From the NCBI GenBank assembly GCA_903813345.2, contig CAIIXF020000001.1:42656001-42720000 (forward strand): a stretch of DNA of 64,000 bases. The letters are read 5' to 3'. The position numbers and the translations under genes are program-made. This DNA is from Owenia fusiformis (lineage: Eukaryota). The notes below the pieces were generated by a model. That model was given only the letters and a program-made list of their open reading frames with translations, was not told where the DNA came from and made no database searches. This document shows, one piece after another, positions 26,913-39,495 of this stretch; within the stretch, counting starts at the first letter, position 1, and every line of letters begins with the position of its first letter.

Positions 26913-28567
26913 ATTTTTGATGGTAAATATTTTACTCTACTGATTAAAACAATCATTTTATCCAGTTGAATTAGCCAAATGCCCGATGTTGTTGAACAAA
27001 ATTGTCAAACAAAATTACATGTAAACACGAAGATTAGAATATTGTCATATCAGAGATGGGTTTTCTCTTTATTGAGATTCTGTCATATTATATAACTCCC
27101 TCCGTCAAGCGGCAAAATACATTTGGTTCTACCTAATCTATGACCGTGTTTTCTGCATATAACCTGCTATCAACGTAATCACTTAATGTTTTCTCGATTA
27201 AGTCATCTCTCAAAGTTACGTCTGAGTAAATTTCTCACACAAGTTATCTTTCTACGGCGATAAGTAAATAAGTAACATCAGTGTGCAGGCAGGTTCCCCA
27301 TTATATCGGCCTGAGGAACCTGAATGAATTAATGCGGCAGTTATAAAGGTTATGTCATAAAAGTGTTTAGTAGCAAATGCATCATGAATGTTTTATCGAA
27401 TCCAGAGAATGCAACACTATATATTAGATCTCATCGACTTACTAAAGTCTAGGAATTCAGGGATCGACCAGCCTTTGAAATGGTAACATATTCCTTAGTA
27501 ATTTTAAATGTAAACATATAAATTGTTTTGACTTACATGTCAAACTGAATTCGTATAGGCTAGATGTTTTTCATGGACCGTCAGTTACGTCAACAAATTG
27601 TATTGCTTCCCGACGAAATGAAAGTATTATTACCATAACATGCAATGCAATGTCCTGATATTAGGATAATATGCAGTTAATGTAATGACTATAGCCATGA
27701 TTTCTCATGATGATATGTCACATTAGAACCACGAACTTGAACTTCACGCGTATCCCTTTATATTAAACTAAACTAAACTATATTACTTTGAATTGTCTTA
27801 TATGAAAAATATAATCGATCTCTGTCTTGTTAACGTGAATGTACTTTGATGAAAATGGTAACTGTAGATATTTTTGTTAAGATATCGCTTGAAATATGCT
27901 TAATAAGCATATTATTTTGAAAATTCCATAAAACACAAGATTCTGGTAACTTCTCAACATTTTCCAAGTCCAAATATTTCAAAATAGAAGCTTTTTGTAA
28001 CACAGTCATTCGCTAGTGAACGACGTTTCAGGTTACTAAGATTCAATTATTGCGGACTTGGTAATTATAATTTAGTTTATCAACGATGAACGGCAGTCAA
28101 CATGCCAAAACAAAACTAGGAAATCACTAAAGATTAAATTGTTATGATTTTAATTTAAAGAGAAGCTATAGTTCTATTGTACGTTTTCCAGGGGTCTATT
28201 TGGCTATAAGTGTCTAAACCTGTTGTGGCACTAAGCGTCTGAATAAAAGATGGCCTCAACAATGCAGAGACAGGTGTAAAAGGGTAGGAGGTCCTATCAA
28301 ATTATGGTCCTACTCTCCATTGATTTATATGGTGACCTAAATACAACTCTTTCCCTCATTATCTTATACACAATCAGGGCCAGTAAGAGCCGTTAAGAAA
28401 GGGGACCATAACCCCTGGGGGACCATCATTTCTTTCACACCTGTTTGTTTTGAGTGTGACTTTGAGTATATTCATCAGAGATTCAAGAATATATTGAAAA
28501 TAAATCATTCTATTACCGAAATAAGCACGGTCATGACGGTGATTCATAAAATCGAAGTCACAGCTGC

Positions 28568-28918
28568 TGGACTGTGACTCGACCCGTCTATAAAGAAAAA
28601 ATGACAAATCTTGATATTGTACGAGATATTGTACATGTAAAAATACATCAATTTGGTGACAAAGAAATAACTTCACATCCATTGTCAAATGTTAAGAAAG
28701 TCAATTTCGCTGAACAGTTTCAAAGTGAAGATCAAAATTCTGCCACTTTTTCAACGAAATCTGGACAACTGGTCAATTTCAATTCAACATCTGAGCTATG
28801 GATACTAGGTATTCTATTCGTCAACGAATTGACACTAGCTTAGCTAGCTTTTTGGACCAATTTGTCCTCTATTTTGGCGCTCAACTGCGCGGTGAAAAGT
28901 TAAGCGAGTCGCAGTCCA
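28568..28918 (-). mobile_element. Older or deleted relative of the 37673-39360 TIR element
   Basis: TGGACTGTGACTCG / CGAGTCGCAGTCCA inverted ends; the reverse complement of 28863-28917 aligns with 37715-37768. Confidence 0.6.
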
Positions 28919-30162
28919 TTACTGTGGATTCGATATCATATATCACCATGATAAACCTTTCAGTATTAAAGTACTGTGTATGATCAATCTAAATGAAAGT
29001 ATAATCCATCTAAAATGCTCAACTCTTAGTAATATAATGTACAATGTTTTATCAGTGACAATGGACCATCGGAGGTTTAGATATAAAGTTAAAATGTCGG
29101 TGCTTATTTGTGACATCCGGGCCCTGTAACGTTTGAATGTAAAATCCTGGGTAACCCTGTAATCTGCCGATAATATACGAGAAAACAGATTGGAATAATA
29201 TATCTGTCTTTCGTTGCCTTGTGAACAACACGTTGATCAAACTGAGCGAGTGTTTCGAGCCAATGTACATCTGTGCGTGTCGTTAAAGACATATTGGTAA
29301 CAACGGGAAAATTAATATATAGCAATCATGTTAAGGATGTTCCGATAGCAATTTCAAACGTTTGGATATTAGTAATAACTATCTGATCTAGGTGAGTAGT
29401 TATCTTTTGCATAAATAACAACCTTTGAAAAATGAAACCCAATAATGAATTATTGTCAATTTTGTAATTCCTCGACGTATGTATAAATGACTGCTACCGT
29501 GGTGAATGACGTCCTTTGTGATAATGCAAGGAATTATCCTATAATTTTCTTAAGTGCTGATTATGGACGAAATTTGATTTTATATTGCGCTGATTTTTAC
29601 TAACTGATTTAAATAATTCTGTCATCCTGTCATGTATTCATTTTCTTTGTCTTATATTTTGCATTTCAACGGAGAACAATCACACCGTAGTCAACCTCGT
29701 ATTGTATAACGTGTAAAAAGCTATTATGCGCACGAAAACTTCATAACTAACAATTGTCCAGAAGTCAAACTAACTCTGGCATTCAACGATTACGACAAAG
29801 AAACAGGAAACAATGACAAAATTGACTTTTTCATGCGATGTGGGTGCTACTAGTATTTACGAGAAGTATTCTAGACATAGCATGATTAAGATAATTGCTA
29901 TAAATGGAACAACAATGTGTAATAGATTAAGGAATGACACGCTATGCTTCACTCGGTAGTCTTCGTGATTGAACGCGACCTGATATACATATATGTAGCA
30001 TTCAATATGCAATAAAACATCATTCACTTGTACAATTCTGATGATAATGGGTACCCTAAAGACAGACAAATCCGTTCACACGTTGAAACGATAACAAATA
30101 CTCTATATTAGAATTTTGTACACGTTTACAAACAGTATGAATTATTAAGGTGTCAGTCCAGC

Positions 30163-30452
30163 TGTATTCTTCATTTAACACAGATGTAATCTTCATATAA
30201 CACAGGTGTATTCTTCATTTAACACAGGTATATTCTTCATTTAACACAGGTGTATTCTTCATTTAACACAGGGCGTACTCTTCATTTAACACTAACACCG
30301 GTGTATTCTTCATTTAACACAGGTGTATTCTTCATTTAACACAGGTGTACTCCTCATTTAACACAGGTGTATTCTTCATTTAACACAGGTGTACTCCTCA
30401 TTTAACACAGGTGTATTCTTCATTTAACACCGGTGTTTTGTTTATTTAACAC
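30163..30452. repeat. Minisatellite, about 13 copies of 22 bp (AACACAGGTGTATTCTTCATTT)
   Basis: Head-to-tail units without spacers. Confidence 0.95.
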
Positions 30453-31599
30453 ACTTCAGTAGATAGGCGAAGCGTATAGTTTCAGTTATTAATTAATTGA
30501 AGTTGTCAAAAGAATCGCAACCATATTTCATAGTGAACAATCCCATTGAATACAATATAATGTCGCATTGAAAAAAAACATTGCTTTGACAAATAAGTTC
30601 GATATTTCTCTTTCAGAAAGATCATCGCGTCTGGTTTAATTAATTGAATGATTAATGATACGCATTCAACAATCCCAGATATTATATACAAGATATCTAT
30701 GGCTCATACCAGGATATTTGTGACAGTAATTCGTTAGAAGGTCGTCCATTGTCCTGACAGCAGGTTTGCCCACCTAATCTCCCGGAATTTTTCCATCCCT
30801 TCTGGAATCGGATAATATCAAATTGTTTAACTGTTATTGGGATTAATGAAATTGAATTTGATTCCCAAATTTGTCCTGTTTATGTGTGATCATAATCGCA
30901 GCTTAGAACATCAATACAAATCACTATAATGTTTATAAAAATGAGCCTGTGATTAGATTTGAGGTGCAATTTTAAAAAATTATAACACGATACACATTTG
31001 ATACAACTAAAAACAATGGTGACAACGGGAGTCCGAAAAGAACGATTAATTACTCCCGGTGTATTTTAATTGATGACTTTTTGATAATTTGAATGAATGT
31101 CTTAGTTGGTCGAGAGTGTATTACTCCATCTTTGATTTTCACAATGTTGCCTCTGTCCGCAGGGTGGATTAACTCCAGAGTTCAAAGATGACGCTTATAA
31201 TGTAAGGATGTATTGAGATGACCGACGTCTCTGATGGGCCAAAATATTGACAAACGAAAATGGCGGCCTCAACATTTTTGCAATACGCTTCGCATAGTAT
31301 TATGTTCATTTTTGGCGTATTAACCAATATCAATGCTTCTTAGTTCATATCATTATAAAAAAGGTGTAGGGAATATGCCTCTATCAATTAAAGCATCACA
31401 TCGAAGTGTATGGAATTTAGTTTGTATCAAAATTGGACAATACACGATCCATGTGAAAAGTCGAACCATATGATGCGACACTCTAACTATATGATTCGAA
31501 ACTCGCATCATAATATGCGAAATACGCATCATTATATGCGAAACTCGCATGATCGTATGCGATTTTCAATCTATGTTATAGCAACAGTTGATTGTCTTA

Positions 31600-32933
31600 C
31601 CCTACTATCACACCAAACAAGTTCTCATTACGTTCTCAAAAACGGGCTTCAACTGTGTAAGAACGGACTGGACCTACTAAGAACCGTTTGGGATCTATTA
31701 ACAAACTTCATCGAACGTACTCGAACGGGTAGGTCCTCTAGAACTTAGACAATGCTCAAAATGTTCTCGTGGTCGTCACGTTCTACAATTAGAACGAGTG
31801 ACAACGTACTAACGACGAGCTGGACGTACTACGAACGGAACCGTCGTACTTCAATCCTACTAGGGACGTTTTAACAACGAGTTGAATTGTCTGAGGACGT
31901 GTTGAGAACGAGGTAGAACTAATTGCAAACGGGTTTAAACTGATTGAGAACGTATTTAACACTGCTTATGAACGAGTTAGCAAAAATATAGCTATCACAC
32001 CAAACAAGTTGCCACTGCGTTCTTCAAAACTGTGCGCGAACGGAATGAACGTAGCTGCAACTTTCTAAGGTCTATTTACGAACTTTATGATCGTTCTCAG
32101 ACGGGAATGTGATTTTAGAATTTTGAATCGATATGGCGACCATAACGTTCTGCAATCAGGTCATGTTGACCTTCTAGACTAAGGGACGCGTTCTACTACG
32201 TTGCACACCGACGTGGTGCGACCTGAACGAACTGCGAACGAGAAGGACGTATTGAAGACTGTTTAAAGGGTTCCGATAAGCTTCCCGTATAAAAACAATA
32301 TGGCGGCTCCTGGATCAGTCCATTTTTAAGAAATAAGGGGAGTTCTGTAAAATCCAGTTTATTGAAATTGTCTTTGAGATAAAGTAATCCGTTTATAATG
32401 ATTTTGAAAACGTTATCCATAGAGTGATTGCGTTCAAAGAATACAACAGCCAATATAAATCCTTGTATTAGAACTGCTTTGTTTCGTTTGTAGGATATTT
32501 CATATGCCAAGCTGTGTGCTATTACGTTATGGGGAAATTTAGATGTCAATTTTTCCTTATTATACACAAATAGACGATCCTGAAACTTCACCCATAAATG
32601 TGGAATTGATTTGTCAAAATAAAAATCACCCTTTTATAAATGTGTGACGATTTATAATATACTTATGCTATATAACAGTTAGAGGTGTTGACACAACGAC
32701 CTCGAGCCTGTGAACCCTTGAGTATTATTCCGGGATCGGGCCTTTTATACTAAACGGTGAGCAACACCAGAAACGAGCGTTCGATTTGCTAAACGATATG
32801 CGTCACCCTTTAAGAACGAAGAAGCTAATTATTTCAGACATATTTCCCGACCACAGCCAGATTGAGCCCGTTTTACGACGTTTTCGTAGGACTGGCAAGA
32901 ACGGGTAAGAACGAGTTTGGTGTGATAGGGGGG
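31600..32933 (+). mobile_element. PIF/Harbinger-like MITE, copy 2 (interrupted)
   Basis: TTA|CCCTACTATCACACCAAAC ... GTTTGGTGTGATAGGGGGG|TTA, 3-bp TTA TSD. Confidence 0.9.
32267..32809. mobile_element. Kolobok-like non-autonomous insert (543 bp, TTAA-flanked)
   Basis: TTAA|AGGGT...ACCCT|TTAA; absent from MITE copies 1 and 3, where the flanks are contiguous. Confidence 0.75.
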
Positions 32934-33119
32934 TTACATCCTGGTTTTCACAATACGGCGCCCTCCATAGAATTTCAAAAGTAACGCGAGATTTTGAACA
33001 AAATCGCGAACAAAATCTCTAGAAACCAATCTGTGCTACATCAAGTGTGCAAACTCGAACCGTCGGAACCGTGTATGAAATCACACGGATTGTGTATGTA
33101 TTCTGCTAGACGCTATTTA

Positions 33120-33908
33120 CCCACCTATCACACCAGACCAGTCCTACGAAAACGTTGTAAAACGGGCTCAATCTGGCTGTGGTCGGGAAATATGTCTAAA
33201 ATAATTAGCTACTTTGTTCATAAACAGTCTTCAATACGTTCATCTCATTCGCAGTTCGTTCAGGTCGCACCACGTCGGTGTGCAACGTCGTATAACGCGT
33301 CCCTTAGTCCAGAAGGTCATCATGACCTGATTACAGAACGGTATGTTCGCCATCGTATTTTGAATCGATTCAAAGTTCTAATTCACATTCCCCGTCCGGG
33401 AAAGTCCATGAAGTTCGTAAACAGACCGTAGAACGTTGTAGCTACGTTCATTCCGTTCGCACACAGTTTAAAACCAGTTTTGAAGAACGCAGTGGCAACT
33501 TCTTAAGTGTAATAGCTATATTTTTGCTAACTCGTTCATAAGCAGTCTTCAATACGTTCTTAATCAGTTTAAACCCGTTTGCAATTAGTTCTACCTCGTT
33601 CTCAATACGTCCTCAGACAGTTCATCTCGTTGTAAAAACGTCCCTAGTAGGATTGAAATACGACGGTTCCGTTCGTATTACGTCCAGCTCGTCGTTAGTA
33701 CGTTGTCACTCGTTCTAATTGTAGAACGTGACGACCACGAGAACATTTTGAGCATGTTCTATGTTCTAGAGGACCTACCCGTTCGAGTACGTTCAATGAA
33801 GTTTGTAAATAGACCCCAAACGGTTCTAAGTACGTCCAGTCCGTTCGTACACAGTTGAATCCCGTTTTCGAGAACGTAGTGAGAACTAGTTTGGGTGTGA
33901 TAGTAGGG
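33120..33908 (-). mobile_element. PIF/Harbinger-like MITE, copy 3 (inverted relative to copy 2)
   Basis: TTA|CCCACCTATCACACC ... GGTGTGATAGTAGGG|TTA; reverse complement of copy 2 without its insert. Confidence 0.9.
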
Positions 33909-35490
33909 TTAATATGTAAGAGATATCACATTAGTATAAGATGTCCAATTTTGATACAATTTTAGCACCATAGAAGTGTAGTAGAAACTAGCCCGTGAAA
34001 ATTCGAACAAACGAAGGTGGTAAGTAAGAGACGTAATCATGTCTAAAGCTCTGGGGATTTCCCTCCTCTTCTCTGTCCGCATCCAATGATTTTAAAGCAA
34101 CAAGATAGATGCGAGATTCGAGCCAGGAAGCATCAATATTCATGTGTAAGCTTCCAGAGAAATGTTAGTCGTTAGGGCACGTCATCAATCACAATTTTTC
34201 AATTGTTTGACGGAGATCTTAAGACTTGGATCAATGATATAATACATAATTCTAATGATGCGCTTACTTTGCTGTTTCATTGTTTTCCGAGATATTCATA
34301 CCTTTTTGTACGAAGTCTTAGGACTAAAAAGGATGTTTTAATGGGCACTTCACTGCCGTGGTAACAGAAACCTTTTAGCAATGTCTCGGAGGCTACAATG
34401 GAAAATTGAGATGATAAATGGGAGACTTACATCTTGGACGTTTAAGTGGACAGATCGAATCTTTCCAATTTGCGAGTTAGAAAATTAGCAAATACAATGA
34501 TCCAAGAATATATTTACACAATACATTCGAAAGAATCACCCAGTCTCGTTTCATCAAACAAACACGGTAAATCAAGACAAATATTTTGATATCGACAGAG
34601 CTATTTGGTCTCTCAATTTAGTCAAGTCCGAATTATTTTTTCATTTGTCTAACGCTAATTAAGAAAGGGATAACACGATTTGAGCAACGACATTATTGAG
34701 TAAATCCATCTCCCAATGGGCTTGGAATCAAGTCAAGAATTATAGTCATTATACCATTCTTTATAGCCTTAACAACACACAGTGCATAGCATATCAGACC
34801 TACTTTATCATAGACAATTGATTTCCACTCTTTCCTAACCGAAAGTGAGTTCGAATCGCTGATTTTTGTGTACTTAAGATCAATAATTCTCAAATCGGCA
34901 AGGTGTTTTTATTAATTAATGTATATTGTATTGATTATCACATCATAAGCCACTTTCTGTATAGCGGCAATGGAGGACAGAAATATCCAAGAAGTAACTT
35001 AAAGAAGAAAATGGAAATATATCATATACCGATACAGATTCAATCAGCTACTCTAATCCTATAATTCCTATATCATCAATAAAATCTTCTCCGTTAATAG
35101 CCTCGAGTGGTCAGAAAACTATTATAAAACATGAATGGATATAGATATTAAGGCGAGTGATATATTGGTTTGTCTTCATGCTCATTAATATGCTCAATCC
35201 TCGCTTCTCGTGCATCTTTTAGCAAGGCAAGGTTCTCAGGGTTTGTCAAATCCGATGGCTTGTTCTGGGTTATGAACATGTTCATATGATTGTTTGATAT
35301 TGTTATCGTAATCGCGTTTTTCCTGGTGTTTCCACTCTAGATCCTCGTCTAGTTCCCGATTCATTATTATGCATATGTGCTAAGCTTTGTTTTACTTCAA
35401 AACAAAGTGTGTAGACAATGGAAGAGATAAATTATATGCTTGTCAATTTTGTATTCTAAGAGGTTTTATTTTATATCTCCAGGTTTCAAC

Positions 35491-36783
35491 ATGGATGAGG
35501 GCGAAAAGTTTGATGTAAGCAAGCCTATAGGAATGGAGCTTATGGATAATGCGACCAATATCAACACTTCATCTGGAGGCTCATCTGCAACGCGTGCAGA
35601 GTCCGAGGATCAACCTTCCCAGATTGAGATTCACGCCATCATGGCAATGCTGGTGTTTTTCAGTATCATTGGTGTTACTGGAAACTCATTGGTCGTCTAT
35701 GTCTACTCCAGAAAGAGGGATAAACTTACATCTACTATATTCATATTGACACTGGCGATAACTGATTTGATGGTCAGCCTTGTAACAATTCCATATACAA
35801 TTGTCATGGAGTACTTAAGATTTGAAATTGGCGATTTCGATTTTCTCTGCAAACTGTATCATTTTTTGATAACATGTACAGTACCATTTGCTGCGCTGAT
35901 CATGGTTGCGATTGCGATCGACCGCTACTTTTGTATTTGTCATCCATTCTTACATGCCATGACTGCGTTCAGGGCAAAGGTGATCATAATCTGTTTTGCC
36001 ACACTGGCATGTACCCTCGGTACGTTTACATCGCTGTTTTATGGAGTTTACGAGAAAAAAATCGTCAACTCAACCATGGTATCGTATGTAAATAGTTCGC
36101 AATTGGAAGGCGAATCAACCAGAAACATCTCATCAGCAACATATACTGTTCTTAATAATGCTTTATTGACTACCGAAAGTAGCATTAAACAAACGGAAAA
36201 CATAACATATACGGGGGTTTGTGCGCCCAGTTTTATATTGCTCGACGACTCAGCAAGAAGGGTCTACCAGAAGATCAGTGCATCAATATTTCTCATAAGT
36301 TTCATCATGGTGGTAGTTTTATATGTAATGATCTACCATTCTGTTCTTGCGAGACGAAGTAAACGGCTGAAACAGCGTGGAGAGGAGGGTAAATCGATGA
36401 ATCTCCATGTACCCGATGCTAACTCTGAAGAGACGCAGCTCACCTCTACAAATGGACACCATCTTCATGCTACAACAAACGGCTCCACGTGTAAGAAAAA
36501 GCAATCAAAGGCCGAAAAGATACGTCTAAGAAGAAAGTCAACACTTAAAGACAAGGCAGTTATTGCCAATCTAAAGACAGCAATAATGTTATTCGTCGTC
36601 ACCCTTGTATTTATTGTGTTCTTTCTTCCCGCGTGGCTCATCGCGCTGCATATCATCCCATTCAATATAATCGTTTTCTACATGTACTTTGCCTACAATG
36701 TGGCCAACCCTATTATCTATTCATTTATGAATGTCAACTTCAGAGACGACCTTAAGCTCATATTTAACTGCAAGAAACGTTGA
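35491..36783 (+). CDS. Class A (rhodopsin-family) GPCR, peptide-receptor-like, single coding exon, 430 aa
   Basis: Seven hydrophobic segments; GN (TM1), LAITD (TM2), CK at the top of TM3, IAIDRY, FLP (TM6), NPIIY (TM7), helix 8 NFRDDL. First ATG at 35491 follows a splice acceptor (TTTTATTTTATATCTCCAG, ending 35482); the ORF-track start at 35440 is a TTG. Confidence 0.95.
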   Translation: MDEGEKFDVSKPIGMELMDNATNINTSSGGSSATRAESEDQPSQIEIHAIMAMLVFFSIIGVTGNSLVVYVYSRKRDKLTSTIFILTLAITDLMVSLVTIPYTIVMEYLRFEIGDFDFLCKLYHFLITCTVPFAALIMVAIAIDRYFCICHPFLHAMTAFRAKVIIICFATLACTLGTFTSLFYGVYEKKIVNSTMVSYVNSSQLEGESTRNISSATYTVLNNALLTTESSIKQTENITYTGVCAPSFILLDDSARRVYQKISASIFLISFIMVVVLYVMIYHSVLARRSKRLKQRGEEGKSMNLHVPDANSEETQLTSTNGHHLHATTNGSTCKKKQSKAEKIRLRRKSTLKDKAVIANLKTAIMLFVVTLVFIVFFLPAWLIALHIIPFNIIVFYMYFAYNVANPIIYSFMNVNFRDDLKLIFNCKKR

Positions 36784-37084
36784 CTCAATATCGGGTGACC
36801 CATTGGGAATAGGAATGACAGATGAGTTAAAACTACAAACAACGATGATACGATAGGAAACAATAACGTATATGGCTTCAAATTATTATTGGTGAATATG
36901 ATTCTATAACATAAGATGTGATGCAGACAACTTCGGCAAAACATAACTCAGAAGACATCTAACGACAATCTAGGAAGTGTGAAGATTTGATAATCATATA
37001 ATAATGAGGCTTACGGTCGGAGAGTCGGTAAGATGAAAATTCACTCTAAAGTGTACAAAAATACAGGGTACATCAACCATGCAG

Positions 37085-37225
37085 TAGGTACATGAGTTCC
37101 CGTCATGGCACGTTTCTCTTCAGGAATCCGTCGAGAAGAAGTGGAAATAGTCTTAAGTAGGAACATGAATTCCCTTCATGGCACGTGTCTCTTCAGGCAT
37201 CCGTTGAGAAGTGGAAATAGTCTTA
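37085..37225 (+). repeat. Tandem duplication (~73 bp x2) in the probable GPCR 3' UTR
   Basis: TAGGWACATGARTTCCCKTCATGGCACG..GTGGAAATAGTCTTA occurs twice. Confidence 0.85.
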
Positions 37226-37672
37226 TTAAATTATTTCATTTCAGGTAAAAGATGCCTTCAAACGTGAAACTACAGAAAGTCTGTACTTTTAAGAACGATA
37301 TGTAAAAATCAGCGTGACTGAAATCCTAAATGAAGTCTGTTCACTGACTCTACCTAGCATCGATACAAACTTAACCATATAAATACAGCAATATATCGAC
37401 TAGTAAATATGAATAACATATAGCATCATTTGAAAGTGAACAGCTAGGGAATTAATGCAACTTCTTAGTTTGGCCAAAGTGTTGTCATAAATACAAATGG
37501 CTGATATATGAAAAAGGCAGATAGAGGAAGCTAATGTGTACAATGATCTATCAACGGAGTTGAATAAGTATCGAGCTCAACAGACCGATGTCGTTATACT
37601 TGATGGCATAGCTGCCTCAGGACGTCATTAACTTATAACGTACAATAATAGTGGTTGATGTAATATCTATAT

Positions 37673-39360
37673 CAGTGTTACCACGGGGGATAAGCAAAAC
37701 GAGGGCGAAGCCACGGACTGCGACTCGCGTAACTTTACACCGCAGCCCAGCGCCAAAATGGAGGGACATCCGGCAGTGCCTTCTGCTTCTTCCGACAAAA
37801 TAGAGAAATCAAGGTATTTTAAATGCTATCGTAGTGTCTAATCGGTGATCAAAATATTACTCTGTATCTACTGTTGGTCTGTAGATAAGAAAATAAGCAG
37901 TTGTCCAGATCAAGCTAAAACAGTAGCAAAGTTCTGATTTTACCTGTAAAATATGTGCATATTATTTAATTTACTATACATTTGAAAGGAGTTTTAACAC
38001 GTTTCTGATATCTAAAGGTTAGTTGAGGCTCCGAGTATAATTCGTGAAAATGATTTGATAATAGAATGTGTTCATGAGGAGAAAATTAGATTTAAACTGC
38101 GCATTCATAGTGGACGCAGTCCAGTAAACAAAGCTATTTCAACAACGCAACACAGCCTCCATTGATATTCTAAGGAACGCAGTCCAGCCGCGAACACGAA
38201 ATAAATAAGATAGTGTAAACTATATTCCTACGCTATTATTGTTTCAGGAAAAGAAAGTCAGCATCCAGATTATCATTCAAAGTTACGTTGATTAACATAT
38301 ATCTATTACCTGAATCAATGTCCCAAATTGCTATATTGTATCGTCTAAGAGTAAGACCTAGAAATATGGCAATTCAATAGCGTATTTGGCAGAACAGTCG
38401 AGCGCAAGATGACAACGTAATATGTTTATTACAAACCAATTTGTGGATAGGGTTAAATATATAGATAATTGGATAGTGGTGAGACTTTTTATAAGAAGTA
38501 GAAATGCGAAACAATTAACTTTTTGATGATGCAATAAAAGCTGTTGGGGAAGGGTACATTAACTAGTATTTAAGATATCAGGAAAATATCAAATAATTGG
38601 AGAGTTGGTGAGTTAATGTAATTTTGGATGCTCTTTCCAACAGTCCATCAATATTGCTAGCTACCATAAATTCATGATTTCAGCTGTATTTGACAGCTTG
38701 TATATATTTGCAGAATGGATTGAGACACGATGTAGGTCTATTAGAATAGCCCTTTATATTCAATTTTGTCCAAAGTTGCTCCATTTCGGCCACACCTGTA
38801 CACACATTGTGCTATCTACCTTTGGCTGTGATTGCGTTCAGCTTCAGATATAAGCAACACTGATTCGCGGACTGCGTTGGGCAGATGGATGGACTGCGAC
38901 TATTATAAATTCCAATTTTCTATGTAATTGTACGTTTTCCGCTTACCAAATATCACACGAAGATGTAATTGTAACAACAGAACATGAATAATTATATTAA
39001 TTCGATGTCATTTCTGATTCCTTTGTTTAAATCGGTACATTAGGGACAAATATTGACAAAATTACATTTTTTGTGGCAGATTTCGAATTCATTCGTGTTC
39101 ATGCTAAACTATTGGACAGCCGAGCACCAAGAATGCCATTGCAGGTGGAGTATGAATATGTTGATCACCGACTGGAACATACTAGCTATTCTGTAGAATA
39201 TCCAAACCAATAATCTACCCCAAATCCTAACATGCCTTCCAAATTAAGTTTGGACTTACCGCCATTGTTCAGCTATAATGCGTTGTAACCTCGTTTTGAA
39301 TTACGCGAGTCGCAGTCCGTGGCTTCGCCCTCGTTTTGCTTATCCCCCGTGGTTACACTG
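37673..39360. mobile_element. Non-autonomous DNA transposon, 1.69 kb, ~60 bp near-perfect TIRs, superfamily unresolved
   Basis: CAGTGTTACCACGGGGGATAAGCAAAACGAGGGCGAAGCCACGGACTGCGACTCGCGTAA (37673-37732) is mirrored at 39301-39360; internal GGACTGCG/CGCAGTCC repeats; no ORF. Confidence 0.9.
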
Positions 39361-39495
39361 ATACCCATATTCTCATGTTTAAGGTCCCATGAACGGTTTA
39401 ACATTACACAATACTTTACGTTACTTCATTAGCATGTCTGTATGCCGAATGCTGGTCAATCGCTTATCAACATCATTTTAGCTACCACCCCGGGC

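Larger units (their letters stand above)
31409..33972. mobile_element. Non-autonomous TIR element with TATGG..CCATA termini and 6-bp TSD (IS3EU-like); net ~430 bp
   Basis: TIR TATGG..TTGTATCAAAATTGGACA / TGTCCAATTTTGATACAA..CCATA; GAAGTG duplicated at 31403-31408 and 33973-33978; empty site present in the paralog at 13379-13391; degenerate 21-bp subterminal repeats at 31468-31562. Confidence 0.75.
31161..34070 (-). mobile_element. 10-bp-TSD MITE (MULE-like), split by nested insertions
   Basis: TSD CTCTGTCCGC at 31151-31160 and 34071-34080; 31161-31408 plus 33973-34070 together equal the reverse complement of 13278-13643. Confidence 0.85.

Noticed and set aside
31410..33431. ORFs of 112, 131 and 145 aa (and 11684-11998)
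   Set aside because: They cross MITE boundaries, show no transposase motifs, and are not preserved between copies.
35440..35490. N-terminal 17 aa of the GPCR ORF
   Set aside because: Starts at TTG inside a polypyrimidine tract and splice acceptor; the ATG at 35491 is the plausible start.
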